This document shows, one piece after another, positions 1 to 14,049 of a DNA stretch of 64,000 nucleotides. Numbering within the stretch: the first letter of the stretch is position 1; each line of letters starts with the position of its first letter. The DNA comes from Macrostomum lignano. Its lineage: Eukaryota. Below the pieces are notes generated by a model. The model saw nothing but the letters and a program-made list of their open reading frames with translations, was not told where the DNA came from and searched no databases. The translations under genes were made by a program, and so were the position numbers. Location of the stretch: contig NIVC01000576.1 of the NCBI GenBank assembly GCA_002269645.1, positions 235,637-299,636 on the forward strand. The letters are read 5' to 3'.

Positions 1-540
1 TTTTGTGGGTAGTTACTTTTAGTCAAGTATATTTTTTGCAATCATGATTTGAGAACGATATTGACTAAATTGGCGCCCATCAAGAAAGAGATTTATGCCC
101 TCATTTTCATGGTTAAAAATCTATTTACGTAACTATATAGCTGACGCGCGTTTAAAAAATGCTTCTATTATGCTTTTTCATACACGTTTAATCAGTGCAA
201 TAACGTTTGTTGTGTCAGATTTTTTCTAGTTATAATTTAAAACCCAAGCTTGCTTGCTTCTATTGTATTCCTTGTAAATACGGCGCATTGTACTTTTATA
301 ACCCGAACTTCAAAAGCTGTCGTCAGTCAAAAAAGTTGTGTAATCGTCCTCAGTGTGAAATTTTCCGGTGTACAAAGTCCGAAAGTAAAACAGAAACAGT
401 AAGCATTGTCTAGCACACCCTAGTTACAGATTTTGGCTGAACTTTTAGAGAAAGTCGCACGCTGATCGCATTGTAAAATTTAAATCGCGTGGCTTCTTTT
501 TTGTCTGTTTTTTTAATTCCTAGAGCTGAAAATCTTAAGA

Positions 541-720
541 ATGCATGTACACTGTACCTGGTTGCAAATCTTGAGCATGCATGTACACTGTACCTGGTTG
601 CAAATCTTGAGCATGCATGTACACTGTACCTGGTTGCAAATCTTGAGCATGCATGTACACTGTACCTGGTTGCAAATCTTGAGCATGCATGTACACTGTA
701 CCTGGTTGCAAATCTTGAGC
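541..720. repeat. 36-bp minisatellite, 5 identical copies
   Basis: Unit ATGCATGTACACTGTACCTGGTTGCAAATCTTGAGC is repeated exactly; it explains the 12-aa periodic ORFs in all frames. Confidence 0.95.
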
Positions 721-2823
721 AAACTTGGTAAATCTTGAGTAAACGAGCATCTGGTTTCACAATCTGAGAACATATTTACATGTATTAACTATTGAACTCT
801 GTTGGGAAATTTAAAGTGTAACCTTGTTGCTTATCTATAGGTGTCTGTTCTAGAAAATTGAGTATTCAAAAATACTAGTATATGCTCAAATTGCAAGTTA
901 GTAAATCTATACAGGGTGAGCAGCAGCATAGCTTGAGTCATACAGTCAGTTTTTTCATATAAAAATGCCTACCCGCAAAACTATGACAAAGAAATTAATA
1001 GTATTTCATTCTGACTGGAATTAATATTTTATTTATGAATGCGCCTATACATTCAATTTCAATCTCATATATTCCCAAAAACCCAAAAACATTCTGCAAA
1101 TCCATCCGCTTGAGTTGAAGTGGACGATAATGGAACAGAATAATCAGAAGTTTGTGTGAAGCAAATAGAGTGACTCTATAGTTTGAAAGTACATCAATTG
1201 TACAGTGCGAGGGCAGAGAGAGACATGCTTGACGTGGGCGAAGGCGGATTAAGCATGACCGGCAGTTAGCCCAAGTGCATTGCAGGCCAGGTATGGGCAA
1301 GTGCTGCACGACTGCAGGTTGTGAAGGAAATAACGGGGGGTGAGGACAGGAAAGGAGCTGTTGACATGCAGAGCGTTTCACGGGTGAGCGGTCATTAATA
1401 CGCACGCATATGAATGCTTGAGTTTGAACTAGCTATGAGAAAACTGCGCATGCAAGGGGCGCATTTGTAGCGAAGTAGCGCAGATGGAAGGAATCGATGC
1501 AGAAAAATGAGCAAGAAAAAGCGCAGATTAGAAGGAAGAAAAAGATCTGAAAGATATAAGAAAGAATGAAACGGGACAGTATTCGAATTAGGAGAATTAC
1601 GAGACAGATGGGCAAGCACTTCCGCGCCGGCGAAAAACGTCGCAGACACTGAGGCTGAGCATGGAAAACTATTTCCAGTGGAACTGGTTGAGAAGTATTC
1701 AAAAGTTTCAAAAAACGCCCCAATCTAACAAAAGCAAAGATGAAGAATCTTCAGACTGGGTTTCCGTCCCTAATTTTTTTCTTGCTTAGTCGGTTATGAA
1801 TGCACTTTTTTATTTGAGCGCGAAAATGCTCCGTTATGATTATTATAGCCATAAAGTCGAAAGAAGTGGCTGCGTCTGATTAAATCACGGATTGATAAGC
1901 AGGCCTAGATTCAAGTAATATTGCTCACCCACCCCCCTGTCACTTCGTGTCCAATCAAATCTTATTCTCGATTCTCGACGCTTCTCAGAGCCGCTGAGCA
2001 GGGCAAATATCTGAATTTCTGAGCAACGGAACCTCACGTTTGCCTGCCTGACTGCCTCCATGGTGACTTGCTGTCTCCCATTCAAAAAAAATTGGTCTCC
2101 GCAGGTTCGAAGTTGAGGCGTTCTCATAATTCTCCCACTCTCACATCCCACAAACTCTCGCACCTCCCACCCCTCAACTGCCCGTCTGCCGAAGCCGACA
2201 CCCCAAATCCCAATTACGGTCGCTTTCGCTCCTGGGACCCACGACGACGGGATCCGAATGCAGCTAAACCTCCCACCCCAACGCCCAACTCTGTCCCCTG
2301 GGGGGGGGGGAGGAGAAAAGGGACGAGAGGGACGCTGGAGTCTGGAGTGCCGGACACTCAGGGCCGGGCCTTGGGGTCCCCGTATACAGGCTGAAGGACT
2401 TAGAGAAGGTCCCCAGCCCCCTCCCCCACTGCAGCCACTCTTGACTCAAATGCAAGAAAAAACTCTCTGGGCGGATTGGGACAGGAGTGGATGGGGATTG
2501 GGTAGATGGGAGAATAGAACGTGCGAGAGAAGGGAAAAGAGACAGCGAGAAAGTATAGTTGCTAGGCTGTGCATGCGAATTGGGCGACTCAGGAGTCACA
2601 GGAGGCGACGCTTGGGGCTTGGGGATGGCCGCAAGCTGTGGTGCCAAGAATATCGATCTATGAAAGAAAGTGGCGCCCCGTCTGCCTCATTGTACTGCGC
2701 CTGTCTCCCTCAGGTTGGTCGCCTCCCTCTCATCTTGAAATATAATCTCTTGAGGAGCTTAAAACACCTCGTCTGATCTCCTTTTCACCCTACCTCCCCT
2801 CCCTATCTCACCTACCTCCCCTC

Positions 2824-3135
2824 CAGTGGCGGATCTAGAGTTTCATTTTGGGGGCGGGGGTGGTCCAAGTTTGGGGCGCCAACACGAGTATAAGGGCGCC
2901 AATTTTTAAGCTAGGGGGCGCAAAAAATGTATGCGTGTATGGGGCTAAAAATCAAGCTTAGGGGCGCTAAAAATGCGTTTAAAGGGCGAAAAGCCAAACT
3001 TAGGGGCGCAAAAAAGGAAGGCATTGGTTGGGGCGAAAAATCAAGTTTAGGGGGCGAAAACTCAGGTTTTTGGGGGGCGCAATATGTTATGTTCTGTCAA
3101 GCTATTTGACGCCCTCCCCCCTAAATCCGCCCCTG
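2824..3135. mobile_element. hAT-type MITE (312 bp)
   Basis: TIRs CAGTGGCGGATCTAG / CTAAATCCGCCCCTG (13/15 match); perfect 8-bp TSD CTCCCCTC at 2816-2823 and 3136-3143; many internal GGGGCG motifs. Confidence 0.85.
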
Positions 3136-3854
3136 CTCCCCTCTCTATCCCACCTACCTCCCCTCCTCTGTCTCTCCTTCCCTATCTCCCCTCCCCTATC
3201 TCCCCTCCCCTGTCTTCCCCCAACTAACCCCCTCACCTATCTACTATTTTTTCTCTTGCCTCTCCTTTATCTCTCCCCAATTCCTTCTCTCTCCACTTCG
3301 ATTCTAACCCCTTCTCCTTCCGTACCTTCCCGTGTTTACATCTCCCTATATTTACAGCCTGCAAGTCCATATATATAGATGGGTGTTTATAATTTAGCAT
3401 ACCTGCCTGTCCATCTATCTCTCTCGCTTCTTGTTGTCTCTTGTTCTTCAATTCAAACCTATACCAAGTTTCTGCGAAACAGAAAATAGCCAATGTAAGA
3501 AATGAGAGAAGTGAGAATAGGCGTGCTGATAGCCAGAAAGGAAGGACAATGAATGAGAAGAGAAATAAATAATTGGTTGCTAATAATCGACAGCGGACTA
3601 ATCCAATGTGTTTTTAAGCGGATGCCTCCTAATTATCAATGTTTTGGATATCCGAGATTGAAACCATCGCCAATAATATTGGGGTGAAAATACCGAGGTA
3701 TAAACACCAATTTTAGCAATAATTAATTGTTTGATAAAAGATTGATGCATTGAGTCCAGGCTTCTCAGTAAACATACATAAAATACAGATTTATGCTCAT
3801 TGATAGGTGAAGAAGGATGCTACACACGATTGTTGCATTAATATCGGTTATACC

Positions 3855-4597
3855 CAAAGAGTATTGAGGTCGCCTAGTATAGAGTGCCAATAAGGATGAA
3901 AATCTGAAGCCGATTTTTAGAATCCACCCACCCCCTCCGGTCACCAAGCTGTTTAGTCTATGGCACAAGTTGTGGCTAGAATGGTGTACAAAGCCGATGC
4001 TCAGAAATATAAGACATTTCACACTTAGAAAATGCATGTATCAAATAAGCAAGACAACATCACTCAGTCACCAGACTCAGTTGCCGTCGTCGATACACAA
4101 CTCCGTAACAGCCATGCCATATAGCCCTTACGTCTGAACGACAACAGCCATGCCACTAAAGTGCGCGGTAGCTAATTGCAATAACTGCGTTTCTGATGCA
4201 TCTGTATCCTTCTTTCGTCTGCCTTTCAAGGACCTTCACTCTGCCTGTTTATCACATATGTTCTTGTCTTTCCGACTCAGCTGCAAGAATCCTGCTCAAC
4301 TTCTTTTCTCCTTACACAATGCAATCAATGTACGTACGGTTACAGTATGGATACAGAAATAAAGTCTTGAGGACGTTTTAAGCATACATGGTATTCGTCC
4401 AGCTACATTAGCTACTTGTATTTTTCTCATGCACTCTATGTATATTTCTGAGCATCGGCTTTGTACACCATTCTAGCCACAACTTGTGCCATAGACTAAA
4501 CAGCTTGGTGACCGGAGGGGGTGGGTGGATTCTAAAAATCGGCTTCAGATTTTCATCCTTATTGGCACTCTATACTAGGCGACCTCAATACTCTTTG
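3855..4597. mobile_element. P-superfamily-like non-autonomous element with long TIRs (743 bp)
   Basis: About 157-bp inverted arms at 3855-4011 and 4441-4597, beginning CAAAG (fits the CANRG P-type terminus); 8-bp TSD GTTATACC / GTTATTCC (7/8); THAP-like start in the spacer. Confidence 0.8.
4150..4235 (+). pseudogene. THAP zinc-finger N-terminal remnant
   Basis: MPLKCAVANCNNCVSDASVSFFRLPFKD matches the THAP start pattern (M..C.V..C.N...SFF.LP); the downstream W and CxxH are not found. Confidence 0.6.
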
Positions 4598-4969
4598 GTT
4601 ATTCCCTTCTTAGACATTATGGCTTCGATGCAGTCAAATTATAGTTTTGCTCAAACAGCGCGAAAACCCCAGGATTCAGACCATAGACTGTAGCTTCTGC
4701 TACTCTCAGGCATTAGCAGCAGCAGCCCGGTGTCTGTGGCCCAAACCCTTAGCCAAATACACTCAGCAACATTTAAAATTGTCCACCCTTGCGCCAAGGG
4801 TCCATGGGCAGCACGATCGATGGTTTCGCCAGTTGGCTTTGGGCCATAGACAAATGAGCAAATAAGGGCAGTAAAGACCGAGAGAAAGTAAAGACCGATA
4901 TATGGTGTCACAGGGAAAAGCGTTACAGTAACGAGTGTACAGGGGTTTACTGGAGGCATCTGGACGCAG

Positions 4970-5220
4970 GTGACAATGATAATCCGTTGGCCATCCAGAT
5001 CACCGGATTTGAACTCGATTGAGCACGTGTGGGATTTCCTGAAGCGCACGATTCGGTGCAACAATCTCTATGCCCCCAGAACATGGTCCAGCTGCGCAAT
5101 GCGCTTTCAGTCAGTCGCGTGGCAACAGCTTCCACAAGACTTTCTGCGGCGCCTTGTTCGGGAATGCCTCTACGAGTGAGCGGTCTGTTTGACGCTCGTG
5201 GTTGCTATCTATACATGTAA
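4970..5220 (+). pseudogene. Tc1-like transposase C-terminal fragment, frameshifted
   Basis: WPSRSPDLNSIEHVWDFLKR, then across frameshifts PQNMVQLRNAL / WQQLPQDFLRRLV / MPLRV..LFDARG: the canonical Tc1 DDE C-terminus. Confidence 0.85.
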
Positions 5221-6630
5221 CTGACTGTGCTTTAGACTTGTACACAGCGTGGAAATGGGCATGAACTTGTTTCGCTGTTCATTCTTTGTTGCCTTATTTT
5301 GATTGTCTATGGCCCAAACATAGTTAAGAATAAGATATTCTATGGGTTTGAGGTCGGTATGTGGTTAAATCCCGAGAGCCGAGGTTGTCTATTCTTACCA
5401 TAGACAAAATTTCATTAAGAAATTTTCCGAGTCACGAAGGAAGAGAAGAGAGAAGCTCGCTTATTTAGAAAGCTCGTACATACAATAATCCTTGCAATAT
5501 GTCCGGGAAAGTGATCGATTAAATCCCGCAAAATATAAAATCTATGTCAATAACCTCCCTGAAAGTGAGCTTTAAAGTGGTTTAAATTAGAATTCACTAC
5601 TTGACTCTACTCTCCTCTTCTTTATACTCTCCTGGAGCTCTTCTCCCCGACCCAGTTTTCTTATTTTGTCTAAAGCCATTAATTTCCACATTCGACATAT
5701 CTTGGTTTGTTTCTCTCGGGAAAATTTGTTCGATAACATTCATCAGGCAACTAGCAAAAGCAGAAAATGAACAAAAACACGTCCCAAGGAATTAGCTCGC
5801 ATATAGTAAAAAATCGCGCCAACCATCAGATTAGGCTTGCAGAAACGAAGCGATTAACTTCAGGATAATCTTTTGAAGATTTTCACATTCGTTCCGGCCT
5901 CGCTTGCTTTCTCGGAAATTGTTTGCAAATCTTCCGGGCTGGGCTGGGACAGGGGGCGGTGCAGGAGTCACTAGGAGGGGAGGGGGGCGATTGACCTCAT
6001 CAGGGCCAGAGGGGGGCCTTTAAGCTTTCTAAGCTCTCTAGCAGCTGGGTTCGCAAGCAGTGGCCGCGACTGGGGCTTGACTTCACAGCTGGTGGCCTAA
6101 GCTAATGCTGCTGCTGCTGCTGCAGCCACCCTAAAGCTGCCTTCATAGCCAATGTTTGGAAAGAGAGGCGCAAAAGCAGATAGGAGCAGAGAGATTTAGT
6201 AGCGCGCTGCCTGCCTGGGCTTGGGAGATTTTGTTGGCAAACTATGCGGTTACGTAAGCGATGGACGAGAGGTGGAGACGCTGCAAGTGCATCGGGGGTG
6301 TTTGCGAAAATAAATCTCGGCTGCTGCTGCTGCTTGGGTTTACAGAAAGACTGAAATCCTCAATCTTATTCCAACCTTTTTGCCTCTTTTGCTGAAGTGG
6401 CCAATTGCGCCCCAACAGAGGCTTTGAGGTGCCTCCGTCACGTTTTATCATCGTGTGCTAAGTCAAGTTGCCTTGGGCTTTTAAGTCAGGTTTTGGTAAT
6501 TCAAAGTCAAGTTTTTGAGCTCGCTTGATGATCTAGTAATTAGTTGTCTCAGTCCCGTTTCAAGGTGTCTAAGTTCCGTTTTGATGTTTCTTCTACAAGT
6601 CCCGTTCTTGAACTGTCTAAGCATAGCCAA

Positions 6631-7187
6631 CGCGTTCAGGGTTGCCTAAGTCACGCGTTCAGGGTTGCCTAAGTCACGCGTTCAGGGTTGCCAAAGTCAC
6701 GCGTTCAGGGTTGCCAAAGTCACGTGTTCAGGGTTGCCTAAGTCACGCGTTCAGGGTTGCCTAAGTCACGTGTTCAGGGTTGCCAAAGTCACGCGTTCAG
6801 GGTTGCCAAAGTCACGCGTTCAGGGTTGCCTAAGTCACGCGTTCAGGGTTGCCAAAGTCACGTGTTCAGGGTTGCCTAAGTCACGTGTTCAGGGCTGCCT
6901 AAGTCACGTGTTCAGGATTGCCTAAGTCACGCGTTCAGGGCTGCCTAAGTCACGTGTTCAGGGTTGCCTAACTCACCTGTTCAGTGTTGCCATAGTCACG
7001 CGTTCAGGGTCGCCTAAGTCAAGCGTTCAGGTTTCCCCTAAGCCACGTGTTCAGGGCTGCCTAAGTCACGTGTTCAGGATTGCCTAAGTCACGCGTTCAG
7101 GGTTGCCTAAGTCACGTGTTCAGGGTTGCCAAAGTCACGTGTTCAGGATTGCCTAAGTCACGCGTTCAGGGCTGCCCAAGTCACGTG
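6631..7187. repeat. 23-bp minisatellite, about 24 copies
   Basis: Unit CGCGTTCAGGGTTGCCTAAGTCA with point variants. Confidence 0.95.
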
Positions 7188-9249
7188 TGGAAGATGTCTA
7201 AACAACGTGTTAAAAATGCCTACGCCACACCTAAAGTCACGTCTCGAATTAATAAAAGACTCCAGCACTGCCAGCAAAAATTCAAGTACCCCCTCGAAGC
7301 TGTTCTGCAAGCATAGAGAATGAGGAATCCCAGAAATCATCATTGCATGCCAACAAAACCGAATATCCAAGTCAATCTCCCCCATGCAGTCTTATTCTCT
7401 CAGGCGTCACAGCCGAGCGATCTTGCCAAGCCCCACTGCCGGATTTCAGGCCGCTGCAGGGTTGAAAGCCGTGCATTGGCTATAAGAGACGCACACATCA
7501 GGCTGACCTCCAGTGCGTGAATGTATGTATACACTCTAGATATATGGCATCATAGCCTTTGGTATAGCCTGCTTTGCATATACATAGCTTGCCTGAAGCT
7601 TCTTTTAGAAGCCTCTCCTATAGTCCTGGCATAAACATTCCGTCAGTATAGAAGGGAAAGCCAGAGAGGAGATCAAGCCCTGCATGGTCGGCTAAGCAAA
7701 AAAGGGAATCTATACCAGAACAGAATCGGAGAATGTCGGAAGGCGAGACGAAGAAGAGTGTATGTGTTTGTCTCCCAGCCTCTATGCTGGTGCAGCTTTT
7801 AGAAGCAGACTTCTTTCACTATCAAAGACTAATGGCTGCAGCTATAGCCTATTTGACTGTTGGTCGTGTTGGGATAAAAAATTTTCTCGTATAATTTTGT
7901 TTTTCCCCTCAGTTGCGCGCTGCACAATGCAATACACAATCATCCCGGATGCCAAATATCTTTGAACAGCTAAATATAGGCTAGAGATAATGCGATCAAG
8001 GATGTCGATTTCTGCTTGGGTTGATTCTGCCCGAAGCAACAAGAAAAGCCTCTCAACCTGATAGCATAGCAGCAGATAGGGAAATTTAATATTTTAAAGT
8101 ACACAAGTCAATATAAAGTTCAGGGAACCTTATTTAGCTTATACAGTTAAAAATAGGTTGAACTATTTCTATCAGCGAGACTGGGTTGCTAACAGCCTGC
8201 AGCATAGGCCAAATCTTCCGGGGGAAGTGCACCACACTGACCCATCGAAAATAAGCCCCCAACCCTCAACATCCTTATCTTCTTTGGAGGCTCGGCCGCC
8301 CTCTCTGTCTCTATTATCGAAAATCCAAGAATTCCATTCGAGGCCCAGCTGTTTTCAGTGTAAACCGTGTCGCAATCCAGAGAAGAGAGGCTTTCACTAC
8401 TGGCAAGTCCAATATGGTCTAGCGAAAAAAAGACTGCACCTTGTTGCTAATATCAGTCAGAAATAATCTTTCACCGGCTCCGCTTATCTCGTTCGTCGGG
8501 TACGTTAAGCCTGCGCCAACTCGAGGGGAAAATTCTCCACGCATCGAAATGCCCTTCCGAAATACGAACGATTAGGAAGAATTGGAGGAATTCATTGATT
8601 TTCGCATCGCCTATACTCGTAGTTGGGAAGATCTTGATGCTCGCTTCTCGCTCTCTTCCTTTCAGTTAAAGAAAAATAGTCAATTTCTTCTTTCTAAGGA
8701 AGAAAAGTGTTGCACCCAGAGCCATACTTAAAATCGCCACTGCACAGCTAGCTGAGAGAGCGCGCATTTCCTCACGCTCTGAGTTGAAGAAGAAGTTCCT
8801 GACCATTATTTCACAGAGAACACGGAGAGCAGACAGTAATTCTGCTGCACCCAAGGCTGAACTTGTTTTTTCTCTGCTTTTGCGTTGGAATTTCTTGAAA
8901 AGCGCCGAGAGGGTCCCGCGCAAGTGAAGCTCAAAGTGGGAAGACGGCTTGGAGTTTAAAGAGAATTTTCTATCGGTGCGCTCGAGTCACGGCGAATGCA
9001 CGGAGCTCCTTTTGCCATTCTATCCGCCGGCAAAAAGTTAAGGCAAATTTGCATCTTCTTCCACTCGATCAGCATACATCACTCCGAGCACACTGTCTAC
9101 GTCTGTGCTCAACTTGACCAAACAGACTTAGCGCTCAACTTCAAAGCTAAACAGATAAGATTCCGAATGTCTATTTGCTTAGTAGCCGGACAGGTCCTAA
9201 CAAGACTAAAAGGAGAGAATTCTTTTTAAAATTTTTAAGAACTAGCTCG

Positions 9250-9718
<469 letters not shown>

Positions 9719-10571
9719 ATGTTATCTCAGTTTCCAAGCGGATCTCTATCGCCCCAAAAGCCAGCTCTCCCGTGCCGTGACCTCATCCTCTCCTATGTCC
9801 CAGCCCCCAACACAATCCCCCACATCCGCAAACAGTTGGCAGCCAGCCATAGACCACAATTTTACAGCCGGCAAAGAGGCAATTTGTCACACTTCGATTC
9901 GAAATGCTTTCCCCTTTAAACAAAACGAACCTTCAAAAAACATTGCTTCACAGGCCCTCTCATTCTTCATCTCAACGGCTTGCATTTAGTAGCCAGAATT
10001 TCGGGACTTTAGCAGCCATGCAAACCAAACGCATGCATGACCCGAACTGAAGCTAACCTCAGACCAGAAAGGCAACAATAAACCATAGTTTATAGTTCAT
10101 AGCATTAATTCGTGTTAATCCAGAATTGGAATTTCCGATAAAAATTTAATATCAAACGCTCCGGTCGGTCCCATTATTTGCAGACATTTCAACCAGTACG
10201 GAGCAATAAAAACTTTGCGTTAGGAAATTATGGCTTTCTACTATATTGCTGTTGTTGCAGATTCTGCGCCATTTGCATAGCTGGACCCAGCGACACTCGC
10301 TACAAGCCAGGTTGCAGTGAAGGTGAAGCTGCAGGTGTTTTCACCACCACCGAGAGTTCAAAGTCGGTTTGAACTGCAAGGGAGACCATGCGGAATCACA
10401 GCAGTCTGTGCGTTCATCTGCTACGCAAATTATGGGAAATTCCTTGGAAACTTCGGTCTTGCGTTTGGCTGGGAAATACAAGGAATTTCCTGTTGAAATG
10501 TGTACTGCATGACCTTGCGGATTTCTTACCTGTCTCACGCATGTCATCTGTATTAGTGTGAGTCTGTCTTG

Positions 10572-10965
<394 letters not shown>

Positions 10966-11898
10966 GAATGTAGCTGTCTGTCTGTCTTATTGCAATAGGA
11001 TCAAAATGGAAGTAGTTCTTAGCTAAAATAGAAATTTACGCTCCCCTGAACTGATTTCAATGAGCAATACATATCGGCTACCAATTGCAGAATTGGACAT
11101 CGCAGGCCTCCCACAGAAGTGCAAATTTGTTATTATTTTCAGCCTACCAAAAATCCGGCACGGATCCCAACGGGGCGGAAATGCATCCATTTTTGACGCC
11201 CGCCTGGAGCGCGCGGACAGTCATAAATAACTGTCAAATATGGCGATACATTTCAGACTGCGGCATAGCTAAACATCGCTTATCGCTGTTAGGACACAGA
11301 GACAGAGAGAGAGTTCCTGGAATGTTTCCCACATTCGGCAAAGTCTCTCCCTACATGCATCCATCTCTCTGGCTGTGTTCCGCTATCTTTCACTGACTAG
11401 CAAAATGTACCGAATGAAGTGAGGCGCAAGTGAAAGCAGGACAAGTCAGTGTTTCGTGTTTGTACACGAACCCGTTTGCTAACTAAACGCTTCGATCTCT
11501 TTCTGTCTCTCGCCTCTTTTCATCTGTAGCTTTATTGATAAATCTGTGCAAATTTTAGGCCAACAAAGCCTATATCTAGAGGGGGAAATGGGGTGGCAAC
11601 TTCTGTAAGTGTCAGCTGGGCTGACTTGGACTGACTTGATAGTTATCAAGATGACAGATCCGTTAAGGTTGGGTCGGAGACCTGCAGATTGATGGCAGTG
11701 TGTCATGCAGCTTAGCTTTTAATTAGTGTGTATAGGCTATGGCAGGATAGCAGAGTGGCACATGTGTGGAGAGGGAGACAAGTGGTAGACAGGGGGAGAA
11801 GACAGATGGGTAGACAGGGGAGGGAGAGAGATGGGTAGACAGGGGGAGGGAGTGAAATTGGTAAACAAGCAGAGGGAGAGAGATGGGAACAGGGATGA

Positions 11899-12070
11899 AG
11901 GGAGAGAGATGGGAGACAGGGAGGGAGGAAGGGAGAGAGATGGGAGACAGGGAGGGAGGAAGGGAGAGAGATGGGAGACAGGGAGGGAGGAAGGGAGAGA
12001 GATGGGAGACAGGGAGGGAGGAAGGGAGAGAGATGGGAGACAGGGAGGGAGGAAGGGAGAGAGATGGGAG
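11899..12070. repeat. 31-bp purine-rich minisatellite, about 5.5 copies
   Basis: Unit AGGGAGAGAGATGGGAGACAGGGAGGGAGGA. Confidence 0.9.
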
Positions 12071-12600
12071 ACTCTTGAGACGGAAAGAAAAAAATAGGTC
12101 CATAGAGATCGACATGAAAGAGTCAGGGTTGAAAGCACCTTGCAACAAAAAGGGAATTTCAGCCCCCAGAAGCTGTTAGCAGCGCAAGTCTGTGAAGGCT
12201 GCGACACCCGAGACCCAACCGGAAAGAACAGAGAAATAGCGGAAGCAGCATATTTCAGGCATTGATATTCGAGCTCTTGCAATGCCACACACGGGGCCTG
12301 TGTATCTTGGCGGAATGCATTTTGGATATTCGGATACAGTTTACCCCTCTGAGGGTGGCGCGGACACTTGGATACTTTGCCTTTGATTGATGAATAATTT
12401 ATGAGTCGGAGGAGCTTAAGCTTCCAGAATCCACTAATCGATCTTCATAAAATTCTTTATCAAATGAGATCTAGAAACCTGAGTAATATGGAGTACTGTT
12501 ATGGAGTACCAAATTCAACTCAAACCCCTTGCAAAAATGTTTTCAATTTTAAGTTATTGCAATTTTTAATCAAGCTGATTTTTATCAGCTCTGTCGAATA

Positions 12601-12818
12601 AGGGGCGCCAGCACCAGGGGCTTTAGCACCAGGGGCTTTAGCACCAGGGGCTTTAGCACCAGGGGCTTTAGTCCAGGGGCTTTAGCACCAGGGGCTTTAG
12701 CACCAGGGGCTTTAGCACCAGGGGCTTTAGCACCAGGGGCTTTAGCACCAGGGGCGCCAGCACCAGGGGCGCCAGCACCAGGGGCGCCAGCACCAGGGGC
12801 GCCAGCACCAGGGGCGCA
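12601..12818. repeat. 15-bp minisatellite with two variant blocks
   Basis: A block of GGGGCTTTAGCACCA followed by a block of GGGGCGCCAGCACCA; it lies next to a hAT-like end (..CTACGCCCCTG, ending 12875). Confidence 0.92.
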
Positions 12819-12942
12819 AGGCCACCGGAAGTGGGAGCGCTAACCCCGATTTCCCCTCCTCTGTCTACGCCCCTGAGTTGACTGTAGCTGCAAGCCATAC
12901 AGTAAGGTTCTTAAAATCTTATAACTTTAATGTAGCACTTAC

Positions 12943-13054
12943 CGACGGAGTCAGAGTCCTCCGTGACCGCGGTGGCTCGAGAGGCCGGCGCCTGCCTCTG
13001 ACGCTGACTCGGCGGCGGGGCCGTCCAGGCTGCCTCAGCTTTTTTGGGATCGCG
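12943..13054 (-). CDS. Uncharacterised gene X, exon 4 (RDPKKAEAAWTAPPP...TEDSDSV)
   Basis: AG acceptor after a pyrimidine tract; strong G|GTAAGT donor; phase 0 start matches the end of exon 3; GC-rich. The terminal exon is not resolved. Confidence 0.55.
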
Positions 13055-13191
13055 CTGTTTTGTCCGTGGGAGAAAAGCAAAGACATCGATTGTTTCTCTT
13101 GGCGTGGCTATACTATAATTTCATTGTGCTGGTCTAGAGGGTCAGAGCACAAGTGCGATTGCAAGACCATGAATTTGATGTAGATTTTAGC

Positions 13192-13710
13192 TCTAGAGGC
13201 CATGTAGAGAATCTATAGGTCATTAAAAGAATCTAGAGGCCAGATGGAGAATCTAGAGGCCAGATGGAGAATCTAAAGGTCATTTAGAGAATCTAGAGGT
13301 CATTTAGAGAATCTAGAGGTCAACAAGAGAATCTAGAGATCAACAAGAGAATCTAGAGATCAATAAGAAAATCTAGAGATCAATAAGAGAATCTAGAGAT
13401 CAATAAGAGAATCTAGAGATCAATAAGAGAATCTAGAGATCAATAAGAGAATCTAGAGGCCACTGAGAGAATCTAGAGACCATTTAGAGAATCTAGAGAC
13501 CATTCAGAGAATCTAGAGGCCATTTAGAGAATCTAGAGACCATTCAGAGAATCTAGAGACCATTTAGAGAATCTAGAGACCATTTAGAGAATCTAGAGAC
13601 CATTTAGAGAATCTAGAGGCCATTTAGAGAATCTAGAGACCATTTAGAGAATCTAGAGACCATTTAGAGAATCTAGAGACCATTTAGAGAATCTAGAGGC
13701 CATTTAGATA
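13192..13710. repeat. 20-bp minisatellite, about 25 copies
   Basis: Unit CATTTAGAGAATCTAGAGAC, with CAATAAGAGAATCTAGAGAT variant blocks; lies in intron 3 of gene X. Confidence 0.93.
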
Positions 13711-13840
13711 GTCTACGTGCATCTCTCATGTCAAATTAAAAATCCGGTGAGTCAGTTAGAGGTTCTGAGGGAGATTTAGAAATTCTGAAGGTCATGAGTA
13801 CATATAAAGATCAAAAGGCCACCTAAGTTCGTAGAGCAGG

Positions 13841-14049
13841 CAGGGGTCGGCTAACTTGTTTACCTCAAGGGCCAGTTAAAGAATCTGCTCATGGCTGTGG
13901 GTCCGATGAGAGAGGAGAGAAGAGGAAAGAAGAGATAATAATTAAAGGAGAGAAGAGAGCTGAGAAGAGATATACAAACCTAGCTTGAGTGGGCCAGATT
14001 GCTATTGTAAAGTTTCAAAGGACCCGAGGGCCGGAGTTGCTGACCCCTG
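13841..14049. mobile_element. hAT/Charlie-like MITE
   Basis: Ends CAGGGGTCGGC.. / ..GTTGCTGACCCCTG, with GGGCC subterminal motifs; no TSD recovered. Confidence 0.55.

Noticed and set aside
1283-1345. MGKCCTTAGC, resembling a THAP start
   Set aside because: A stop codon follows within a few codons, with no other THAP residues or TIR context.
7200-9240. Coding-like decayed segments (e.g. LLEADFFHYQRLMAAAIAYLTVGR, LEEFIDFRIAYTRSWEDL)
   Set aside because: No family motif I can name and no consistent exon chain; needs tBLASTx/HMM.
11479-12290. Definitive terminal exon for gene X
   Set aside because: Several phase-1 acceptors (about 12198, 12300, 11575, 11525) give plausible short endings; they cannot be told apart without transcripts.
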